Of a stretch of 64,000 nucleotides of DNA, positions 53,494-64,000 are shown one piece after another (within the stretch, counting starts at the first letter, position 1; each line of letters opens with the position of its first letter). The DNA comes from Vicugna vicugna (taxonomy: Eukaryota). The translations under genes and the position numbers were made by a program. A model generated the notes under the pieces. It searched no databases, was not told where the DNA came from, and was given only the letters and a program-made list of their open reading frames with translations. Where the stretch lies: NCBI GenBank assembly GCA_013265495.1, contig MU058844.1, forward strand, positions 8,801,490-8,865,489. The letters run 5' to 3'.

Positions 53494-55708
53494 GTATGCC
53501 TCCTGGGAGCATCTGTCCTTCCTATTGCAATTGAAAATGAGATAAGACCTAAATAAGCTTTGTTTAATTCCAATTCTTGCAACTGCTTTTCCCCTTAGCA
53601 TACAGAATATGCAAATTTTGGTAAGAAAAATTTAAGAATAGATAACTAGTTCACATGAAACCTTGCCTCAAACAAAACTGTGGTATTTTGGTGGTGGGTG
53701 GTGCGAAGTGTGAGTTCCTATCTGGTCTTTCTCTTGAAAACTTAACTGTTTTTTGCTGGAGGTAGAAAACTACCTGTTGTTCAGCTTTTAATCATCAGAA
53801 TGGGGGACTAAGTAGTTTTTTCTTACTTTTTAAATACTATCACGACATTTGGAAATACGTGTTTTAAATTTTCAGTTATGTGGTCTGTCTTTGGAAATGA
53901 TTGTACTTTTGAAAGTGTGCTGGCCAATATTTTTTATTTGTCTTTCTTTAAAAATGCCTAACACCTGCTTAAAATTCTTGAACTTATTGATGTATTACCC
54001 TTTCTTCTGAAAAAAAAATTTCATTCAGTTTCTTTTGTTTAAATATTTTGGAAATAGGAGAAAAGGCAAAAGTTTAGTTTTATTCTCATAAACTTAAATA
54101 GTAATAGTAATGTTGCATGTAGTAATATTATTATACAAAATAACAGTGATCTTTTTAATATATTTTTGTCAAGTATTTTATTTTATACAAAAATAGAACA
54201 TTTTAAGGATTTTTAGCTAATTTATACACAGAGTTAATAATGAAAATCAATTCTCTTATTTAAGAATAGCATAACTATATTTATTTTGGGTATGAGCAAA
54301 AGAATAGAATATGAGTGAGATTTTTAATAATCACTTCCCAATAAACTATATTTTTCTTTTAAATACAAGTTTGATTGGCCCTCTGCTTGAAAGACAGTAT
54401 AGCAAAAGTTGAACAGTTGACCTCTCTCCATGAAGTTACATCTTCTAGGAAATATCTTTTCATAAGTATTGAAAATACATACTCAAAGTGGATAAAATTC
54501 TAAACCCAGCTGTACTATTGACTTGCAGTGTGAGTGTGATGTTGAGATATTTGTGACTCTCAGATATTCTGAAAGGATTACCTAGAATGCTCTGTCACAT
54601 CCCTGTTAGGTAATTCCGTAACTCTATACAGATTACTCCTCTCCCAGTTCTTTTCATTTTCATTGTTTGTCTTGCGTTGAGATGCAATAATGCAATAGTA
54701 AAACTCTAGCCTATTGGTACACTGATTTGTTTAATCACAAAGAATGTTTTGATTCATTTCAGAAGAAAACTATCACATCTTCACCAAGATTATATTTTTT
54801 AAGTGAGACATTTCAGTCTTTGTTTTTCATAAGAATATTCATAGAATGAATACTGTCATGCTTACTCTCCTCTAAGATTATCTGAGTTGGTCAATGCTGT
54901 TGTTAAAGTGGAACCAATCCCACTACTCATTACCTTCTGTGACAGGCACAGAATAGGGCAATCATTTCTCTTTTTAGACAGAGTGTTTCATTAAGAAACC
55001 CAGGATCATAATTTTGTTGGGGGCAAGTTCAACACACTTTTATTATGTATTAACAACAGTCATCTGAAGTTTATAATTGAATTACATAATGATTGTGTGT
55101 TCCCCATATTCTCCACACTCTTCTTGGAAGTTGACTCTCTTTTCCTAAGTGTAGGACTTTACATGTATCCTGCCTACAGATATCTTTTTATATTTTATTC
55201 AAGTCTGATGCTGTCAATTTGGGATCCTAACACTATCAAAGTGATTCTAAGAATAATTTGAGTTTTTTTTCTATTCGTAAGAAAATGGGTGAGTAATTTA
55301 TAAGGATGTTGTAAAAATAAAATACTAGAATAAGATATTGGGGGGAAAAGGAGAAAACTAGAAATGTTTTCATACATAATTATATTGTGTAGGTAAATTT
55401 CTTCTTAAAAGTACAGAAATGAAACATTTTCATTCTTGCATTCAGTTACATTGAAAATATAGATTATAATACATATAAATTTTAAAATTTTAATTACACT
55501 GGTGCACAGCATCTTCCAAACACTGTGTTTTAGAGTTCAGAATTTTCTCGATTTTCTGTATGTGTGTAATCTGTTATTATAGAACATTCCTGCAGCCAGA
55601 TTCTGTGCAGCACCCTATAATTATATATGTTCATATTTCTGAAGAGAATTCTATGAATATTCCTACTGCATGGAAAACATAAAGACTATATAAGTGGTCT
55701 CATGTTAA

Positions 55709-55820
55709 TACAGGTCTGGTTTTGCCACCAATCAAGTTTGCAACATACTCACAAATGAAATGTCAGTTTTCAGAGTGTTTAAGTTTTGGAATTATAGATT
55801 ATGGATTATGAGCCTATGTA
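55709..55820. mobile_element. Possible TcMar-Tigger MITE remnant
   Basis: TACAGGTC start; GTTTTCAGAG...TTTTGGAATT...GGATTATGAGCCTATGTA end. Confidence 0.45.
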
Positions 55821-56499
55821 TTTAGAGATACAGTTTCATAACATAGCTCTTTCATAAATACTTTAACATTTTTCAATATTTGTTTATATTTTATTAGAAA
55901 TATTTAATACCCCTAGCAATCCATAGGTTCTTAAAGACCTAGTGATGGTCTTGACACTTTTTTTTAAGCAAGTATTTAATAACCTAATCTGTAACTTTAG
56001 GGCTATAAGTTTTCTGCAAGTAAGAGAGGAATATTCTTCTTTCATTGGTATCTTTGAATCTTTTTAAATACTTCATGAGCACTGTACCTGCACTACTTAG
56101 TAGCACTGAATTTGACATTTACCTGGAAGTAGAAAATGACCCCCATAATTTAAGTTTTGAGGCAGAAGTAAAGCATGTAAAATTGAAAACTACAATAACA
56201 TAAAATGAAATTTGTTTTTGCAAACATGGGGTAGAATTCAGACTAGAGTCAAACTTTATGACATAGCATGTTTTCAGTTGCCTACTATGCAATATTTTTT
56301 AGTTGTTGATGATTTAGTGCTTTGCTTTAGTCACTTTCTCTCCTACCAGTTTTTATGCACAAATGCAGCAGTGAATTTAACAATCCTAACCATATATTTG
56401 TAGTCATATTTTTTATTTTTCCATTATGTGATTGAGTGTAACTATGCTTAAAAGAGTACTAATAATTCCACATGATTCCACATCTCTAGGCCTGGTGTT

Positions 56500-57190
56500 T
56501 CTGTTACACACTCAGTTTTCTACCTTTCTAACACATAGATCTGTTTTAATATTTCACAGAATCTCAGGTTCAACATGCCTAAACTCAGTCCTCATCTGCC
56601 TCCCACTCCCTGCCTAAATCTGCTCTAACTCCTCCCCGAGACACCTGGGAGTCCTCACAGCTGAGGCTTCCTTCCTCATCTCTGAACTCACTCATCATTG
56701 GACCATACTGTTTTTACCTTTTAAATAAATCTCAAGTCTCTCTATTCTTTTCTGTTCTTTGGCACTGGGCTGTCAATGTCTTTTCTGTTCTCTGTCCTAC
56801 CATTTCCACTTTTGTAAATGTGTCATGTTATATGCTTGAATAATGACACACTGTTTGCAGTGTCCTGACAAACTTCATGCTATTCCATTCTTTTTCCTTC
56901 ATGTATTTTCCTCTCTGCCCATATGTTCTTCCTCAGTGTCTCTGTCTTGTTCATTTCCAGTTCTCACCAAGACTTTATCTATTCTAGAAGGCCTTTTCTG
57001 AACCTCCAAGATATGTCCTCTGTGTTTCTTACCCTTATTGTTTTCTCATTCTATTATCTGTTTATGTGCCTGTTTTCTACCCTTGACAATTAACTCCTTG
57101 AGAAGAGGAGCATATCTTAATCATCTATAACCCTCTGGATCAGGAGAGTACCAGATTCATAGTGAGGGCTTTTAAAGTAAAACTAAATTA
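56500..57190 (+). mobile_element. L2 fragment
   Basis: TCTCAGGTTCAACATGCCTAAA; AGAAGGCCTTTTCTGA; AACTCCTTGAGAAGAG. Confidence 0.65.
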
Positions 57191-58336
57191 AATGTGTATA
57201 CATCTTGATGTAGAAAGAGCAAAAAGCTTGATAAAAGGAAGATCTAGTTTGTACTGTTTCTAACATACATTATCAGCTTGAGTCAGGACTTCAGATTTCC
57301 ATGCTACAAAAGTGGTTAATACTAATACCTCATAGGGTAGTTTGTGATGATTAAAAAATAATATAAGTAAAAACTAATTGATTTATAAAGCATTAAATAT
57401 GGAAATGTTTGCATTTCTTTTATCCAGGATGCCGAAAGATAAACTAATTTCTATATATTTATGTCAATGAGCATTTGAACAATTTGCTAGGAATACTAAT
57501 AAAATAGTCTTTAACATTTTGGAAAACAGAGCAAAAATTTACCTATTATTAATATATTTATTAAAAATATTTAAAGGAGAGATGAAAGGATGAAAGTTCC
57601 ATTGCAAAAGGCTATTAGATTTAAAAGTTCAAAATTTCTTTTCAGCACCTTATTTAGCAATCGTTGAGGGTCTTCCATGTATTTAAATGGTTATGTATGT
57701 TTGTATAGGAGATAGAAAAAGATGCAACATATTTTGGTTCCCAGAGAACTTAGGAAATAGAATTGCTGTGAAAAAATATATAAATGGATCCAAAATAATA
57801 CAAAACCAGAAGATTATAAAAGTACTGAAAGTATTTGCACCATAATATTGACATGAGATTAACGTCAGAAAGTTTCATGTGGAAAGTGACATGAGAGAGA
57901 GATTTTTTAAGAAAAGGTTAGAAAGGTCTAGAGGGTATCCATCAGGCATATAGTTGTGCAGACATGACCCTGCCATGGACATGTGAAGGGTTGGAATTCA
58001 GCCTATGTTCTGCTTTCCAGGCTAGGCTTGGGGTTCCTAATTCTCATAAAGGAGACAGATGAGCTAGCAGTGTCTCTGGTTTAAAAAGAAGACTAAATAG
58101 GAATTAAATAAGGAGCGTAACTAACATTTGTTTTTCTTGAAGGGCTGTAGGGTAGGAATGAAGTTTTGTATAGTGACAGTGGAAGAATGTAGCCTGCTCA
58201 TATGTGTGGTAAAAGCTAAGGATAGACGTTTACATACAGGATAATCAGTATAAATTTGAGTGAACTAGTAACATGATAAGGTAATAACAAAGGAATATTA
58301 TTCTGCCATTTTAATTTAGGATGGATTATATATTAT

Positions 58337-58460
58337 GTTTCAGCTATCTGTTGCTAAAATAATGCTATGTAACAAAGAACACAAAACCTCAGTGTCATGC
58401 AAAAAGATTGGCTTATGTAATTCTGCTGACCTGGATTGGTTGATCTTGGCTGGGCTCAGT
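58337..58460 (-). mobile_element. MaLR LTR fragment (MLT1G/H-like)
   Basis: TCAGCTATCTGTTGCT...AAAACCTCAGTG...GATCTTGGCTGGGCTCA. Confidence 0.55.
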
Positions 58461-58704
58461 ATTTCATGGCAAAATTACAGGGAAGGATGAAGCATACGTA
58501 ATAACGTTAGTGCAATTGATATATCACAAATAGGTGCTAAAAATGTCATTTGGGTCATTATTATGTAGTAGAGCTTACTGTGGTAAGGTAAGAGTTCTGG
58601 TGAGGTGTGGGAATTTGAAATAGGATTGTGAACCTTGAAACTAAGAAAGACATGTAAATGTGAAGAATGTTAAGGAGAAAGTATGGACATAGCTAGATAA
58701 TGAA

Positions 58705-59290
58705 CTAAATGGGCAAGACTTTGGACTCGAGTTGGAAGATCTGAATTTGAACTGGAATTCTTCCACTTATTAACTGAATGATCATTGGTAAGTAACTTGA
58801 CTTCTTTGAAGCTGTTTCCTTAATTGGAAGGAGAGAATAATATCTACCCTAGGAGTAGTTGAAAGGAAGAGTGTGTATGTGCTTCAGAAACCCTGAACAT
58901 TAAAAAAAAATCAGGTGGTATTTTTCAAAACTTGGGATGTGTCAGTATACACATTGATGAGGAATTAAGTTAAAAGAGGCTACCTGTGGAGAAGAGGAAT
59001 ACATTTATATTTTCATATTTAAAATGCAAAATATTTAAGTGAAACTTACAGAGAGTGACAGAAGTCCCTTTTATTCTAGAGACACTCTAATTAGGTATCT
59101 TTTTGGCTTGCTACTTACTAGCTCAATAACCTTGGTCAAAGAAATTATTTCAAATAATGACAGAACCTGCCTCATACAATTATTATGAGAAATAAGTAAG
59201 CTGGAACATGTCAAATGATCAATTCAGTGCCTCACAGATAGTACATGCTCAATAAATGTTAAGTGCAGCTATTGGTGCTGTTATTATTAC
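58705..59290 (+). mobile_element. Two MIR fragments
   Basis: GAAGATCTGAATTTGAA...CCACTTATTAACTG; CTACTTACTAGCT...ATGCTCAATAAATGTTA. Confidence 0.62.
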
Positions 59291-59419
59291 CACAGATATT
59301 ATCATCATTATCCTCAGTCAACTTTAACTGCACTATTGAAAGCACTAAAAATCCTTACTCTCTGTAATCTTTATTAAATTTTGGAATCCTTTGATTTATT
59401 TTTTTTTAATCTTAACTGC

Positions 59420-60640
59420 ACTCTCTTAAATGGTTTTCCCAAATTCTCCACTTCCTCTACGGCCAATCTTACATGTCCCTTGATTCAGTCAAACAACACC
59501 CTTCCTGTTGTGCTGAGAAGAAAACATCTGGATTGATTACCTTCCTTTTCAATGAAACCTAATGCCACCACCCTTGTTTTTGCCCTTGTATCTGTGAGAG
59601 AAAGATGCTGAATCTTTTGCTACCTCTTATTATAGTTATTCTTTTCTTAATCTGTTTTTATTTCTTCCAGTTATTTTTCCCCTGACTAAATGAAATGGTA
59701 TTCATCTGCAGCCTTCATTTCCCACTATTTATATTCCTTTATTTCTCTTTATTTGTATCTCTTTCTTTTTTTAACCCTTATGATCAGGCTTCTATCATTA
59801 CCATTCTTCTAAAAATATACTCCTGTATGCCACCAATGGATACATATTTTGCAAAATTAGTGATCCTCTTTCATTCTTCATACCCTGTGGCATCTCTGTG
59901 CCAAGATACGTTATTAATTATTTCATCTTGAAATCCCCATGTACTTAACTCTTCATAACCATTCCCTTTCTAGGCTACAAGGTATGTTGTTCTTCAATTC
60001 TCATATTTTCACCCCATACACTTATAGTCATAGTCATATTTATTTACCTACGTTCTCCAATCTTAAGCATTGTCCTTCTTGTTTAAGACTACTGATGCTT
60101 CCCTCTAAGTCCTTGATCCCCTCCTTCTCATCTCCACCTTTGCTTATTTTTTTCTGTCTCCAGTATCTTCAACTTCTCTCTCTCTGGTTACATGTTCAAG
60201 TCTATTCTTTAAAAGCACAATGATGACAAGTCTAATACCAATAAAAAAGTTCCTTGACCTGCGTCTCCACTTAGCTAATAATTTATGTTTTCTTTTCCTT
60301 TATTTCCTACTTGTCTGTTCTCACTGTCTCAATTTCTTTGTTTTTGCTTCACTTTTTATGCAACTGAGTCTGGCTTTCCCTCTAATTCCCTGCTGCAAAT
60401 TATGTCACCAGTAACCAATTGATGAATGCGGTAGGTTTGTTTTATTAAAATTCACTGCAAAATTTGATACTGTGATTTATTCCCTTCTCAAAAAACACCT
60501 CCCACAACAAAAAACAAAACAAAACATTTTACTCTCTTAACTTTTATGACACCACACTGTCTTAAGTCATTTTTTACTGTTTTCTCCTATTTATTTTTCC
60601 TGTAGGCAATTCCTCATCTAGCTACTTTTTAAATGTTAAA
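59420..60640 (+). mobile_element. Decayed L2 fragments
   Basis: Pyrimidine-rich; GTCTGGCTTTCC, GTCACCAGTAACC, TGCAAAATTTGATACTG (RT remnant). Confidence 0.55.
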
Positions 60641-60692
60641 TGATAAATACAAGATGAATGATAGTAATAGTTGACTCCCCTATACCAGGCAA

Positions 60693-61850
60693 TGTTTCCT
60701 GTAAGCATCCAGATATTAAAATGGGAGTCTGTCTTTCTGTTTGAAGGGAGGCTAAATAAGTGAGGTACAAGACTTTATTTGCAGGAGGTGCTAAGATATA
60801 ATCAAACTAGTAAGTCCAGCATTAGTTCAAACTTCATTTTAAGACTCTACAAAGGTTGGTAAAGCTACAAGAGAGAATTGTTTTGGAAAGCTGTTGGTCT
60901 GCTATGCATAATCTACCACTCTGTATATAAGGCATGGGGTGATTCCTGTTAAACTTAACCAAGTGAGAAGAGTTTCAGGGAAAACATTCAGAGAGCTTGG
61001 TGTGTTTCCTCCAGAAGTTGAAGGATATAGAGGATAAAGTCTAAAAGCCACAGTTGTGGCTGGAGATGCCCCTGCCTCTGTGGTAGGCCAGAGCTGCATG
61101 TCAGGTAAGCTGCAGCTCCTCCAATATCAAGACAAAAGTTGGTGATCTTTTGAAGAGAACATGGGACCCTTAAAAGGGGAGCTTACTTAGGGTTATCTTT
61201 GTGTAAATCCACAGAGTAAGTAGACTGTTAGAAGCCCAGGTTTTCAAATGGTGAACAATGAGTGCCAAATTGGGAGATGGATTCCAGAGAAGAGACTGAG
61301 AGCAAATCAAGTAAAAGTGGGGAGAAACCTACAGAGTGGTTCTTGGAGAAAGCCACAAACACACTCTAGCAGGAGGATCCTTGATTGCGTATTTGCCATT
61401 TAGAAAGCTGTGACCATGGATGACAACTGGGTCACCCACATACCACTGTGATCTTCCTCTCAAATTTCCCCTTCATAGGTCCTCATTCTACAAGGGTCAG
61501 AAACTGTTGCTTTGGGTGGGGGATGTCAGAGTTAAGAGAGGCTACCATGCCCTATTCCTCCAGTGCAGACTTACCACAAAGCCTGAAACAAGCCTGAACT
61601 GTGTGCAAGGAGGGGAAAGCTTTAGGTTGGATAGGAACTCACAGCTGGTATATTATGCAGTCCCATATTGAACTAGAACTATGAAATCGCTACACTTTTT
61701 AATTTCAAAACAAAAGGACACATAATTTATTTCCTAAGCATGAGCAGAAAAGCTAAGATACCTGTCTGATTTCATTTGGGTTAATTTCTTCACCTGAGGG
61801 AATCAGAGATGTAATAATGCTAATTTCTGAATCCAGCTCATTCATTAAAC
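60693..61850 (+). mobile_element. Ancient LTR-like element (possibly MamGypLTR type) interrupting a MIR
   Basis: Purine-rich block of higher GC between two halves of a MIR; family assignment weak. Confidence 0.45.
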
Positions 61851-61854
61851 TGGT

Positions 61855-61968
61855 TGGATGTATTATCTCAGTTAACCCTCAAAACATTCCAATGAATTTG
61901 TTATCACTATTATTCCCACTTTACAGAAGATAAAACTGAGGCACAGAGAAGTTAAGTAATCTGTTCAA
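61855..61968 (-). mobile_element. MIR SINE (other part at ~60650-60692)
   Basis: CCCACTTTACAGAAGATAAAACTGAGGCACAGAGAAGTTAAGTAA. Confidence 0.8.
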
Positions 61969-62615
61969 CCAGGATTCCATTTATGGCTTACTTTTGTTTT
62001 ACTCTGATCCATATCCTTTATCTCATTATGTTAATCTAGATTTAAAGAACTATCAAACTTCTCTGCAAACCTTCTTTAGGAGACATGGGCCACTGAAAGA
62101 ATTTCTCATGACTACTCCCAAGTTCTAATAAGCAAACAAAATTATTATCAATGAAAATGTGAAATGATTATTAGAGTTAGTATAATTATACTGAACACAA
62201 TTATTTAAGGATCCCAAATCCTCATATTTATGATACCATGAATTTGCCTTTTTATGTATGGAGTGTACTTTATAGTCCATTAAGTCCATTTAATAAGGAA
62301 GAAGAGTATAGGTTCCATGGAAAAATATTTAACTAGAAATTATATTACCTGGATCTCAGTTTCAACTTTGCCAAACCCTGTGACAATAGAAAACCACTGA
62401 ATTTCTTACACTTCTGTTAACTTACTTATAAAAGAGTGAATTCTATACCCTTAACATGTTATACACTTTTGCCAATTTCAAATGATTATAAAGGGCATAC
62501 ACCTCACCTTTATTAATTTAGTCAGAGCTATTTAATAAACAATTATTATTTATTCAAGAAATATTTTAGGGCCTACTCTGTGTTAGGTTCTGTGCTTACA
62601 GTAGAGTGTTGCTTC

Positions 62616-62710
62616 ACATATATTATTTATCTTATATATGATATGATACAATATATGTTATATATCTTATCTCATATATTATATATGCATCATATATATA
62701 TGTATATAAT
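62616..62710. repeat. (TA)-rich low-complexity tract
   Basis: Degenerate ATAT run. Confidence 0.8.
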
Positions 62711-62849
62711 CTTAAGAACTTGGCCAAATATGGTTTTTAGGCATATGTTGTGATAATAAGAAGGCAATGCCTACAATTCCATAAATATTACATTTATTTA
62801 TAAATTGTTTAAAACTGACTATTATTTCTAGTTATTTCATTGTCTTTTA

Positions 62850-63810
62850 TCCTCTACTGTGATGAATTGTCCATATTTCTAGAATAGCCCAGTTCCCTCT
62901 CTGGTGTTCCAGATCTCATCCCCTCTTGCTATTCTAGGACAAAACCTTTTTCCCTCTTTTTCTTATGTTACCAATATTTCCATCTCTAATGGATTATAAC
63001 CAATACCATTAAATATTCTTATATTTCCCCCACTTAAAAAATCTATTAACAACCCTGTCCTACCAAGCTATCACCCATTTGTCTATCTTTCCCTTTGCAG
63101 CAAGAGTTAAATTTTTTTTCCTACACTTGTTCTAATTTCTCTCCTATCATTTCTCTTGAAGCCACACCACTCAGGCATTCATTACATCAATTTCATCTAA
63201 ACTGCTCTTGCAAGCATTAACATTACCTCCGTATTGCTAAATCCAGTAATCAATTCTGTTTCCATTTCGTTTATCAGTGGACACAGAGATCTCCCCTGCT
63301 TCCTTGAAACACGTTCTGCATTAGGCTCTAGGACAGCTCATTTGCCTCGTTTTCCTCCCACCTCATTGGTCACTCCTCAGTCTTTCTTGTTAGTTACTCC
63401 TCATCCTCCTGGCTCATTAATACTTGATTAGTTCTGGGCTCAATTCCTGTACCTTTTCTCTTTTAATCTCTACTGATAGCATTGATGATCTCTTCCATCT
63501 CCTGGCCTTTAAGTACCATCTAAATGTTGATGACACTGGAATTTACGTTTCTAATCCAGACATTTTCTCTGACTTTTAGACTGATACTATCAAATGTAGA
63601 AAGTTAACGTATCTAAAACTGAGTCCATGATCTTCACTTAGTCTTCTGCATCTCAATTAAAAGCAATGTCAATCTTAGATTGGCTTAGGCCAAAACCTCA
63701 GTGTCTTATTTTGCTTATATTCTGTATTCAATATAGCAGTTAAGCCTCTTGTTCTGTCTTCAAAGTATATGTAGAACTGAACTACCATAATCACCTCTAC
63801 AACTGCATCT
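62850..63810 (+). mobile_element. L2 ORF2 (RT region) fragment
   Basis: AAACTGCTCTTG...TTGCTAAATCCA; CCTTGAAACAC; TTTAAGTACCATCTAAATGTTGATGAC (YADD-motif remnant). Confidence 0.78.
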
Positions 63811-63841
63811 TTTTTTTTTCACTTTCCATTCCACCTTATTC

Positions 63842-64000
63842 TTTTTTTTTTTTTTTAATTGAAGTATAGTGAATTTACAATGTTGTGTCAAATCCTGGTA
63901 TACAGCATAGTAGTCCAGTCATACATATACATATATATATATTGGTTCTCATATGCTTTTTCATTATAAGTTACTACAAGATATTGAAGATAGTTTATAT
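63842..64000 (-). mobile_element. LINE-1 3' end, same type as the 15.4-16.2 kb copy, cut by window edge
   Basis: poly(T) + AATTGAAGTATAGTGAATTTACAATGTTGTG is close to the reverse complement of 16197-16227. Confidence 0.88.

Noticed and set aside
53494..53556. ORF extension [20 protein letters not shown]
   Set aside because: Intron read-through past the CAG|GTATGC donor; liprin similarity ends at ALPQ.
57641..57661. REST/RE1 site (TTCAGCACC)
   Set aside because: Left half-site only; no GGACAG half.
1..64000. CRISPR array, operon or prokaryotic-type system
   Set aside because: No regularly spaced repeats or dense ORFs; sequence is mammalian intergenic and intronic DNA.

Overview
AT-rich, repeat-dense mammalian genomic DNA, most likely camelid (a Vic-1-like tRNA-Ala SINE at ~39.5 kb and cetartiodactyl-type L1 3' ends). 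The only gene I can support is the 5' end of PPFIA2 (liprin-alpha-2) on the + strand. It comprises a CpG-island promoter (~47.7-49.1 kb), two predicted non-coding exons (ending 48221; 48938-49044) and the first coding exon (53243-53493), followed by an intron that runs off the window. The upstream ~47 kb is intergenic and filled with decayed L1, L2, MIR, MaLR/ERV LTRs and hAT/Tigger MITEs. I see no convincing novel biological system. The best leads are 5' UTR and splicing control features of PPFIA2 (minimal uORF, paired (GGA)4 blocks, G/C tracts, an in-frame cryptic donor), a MER41-like LTR with a GAS motif, an unclassified LTR-like insert, and nested insertions. Repeat family names come from recalled consensus sequences and repeat boundaries are approximate.
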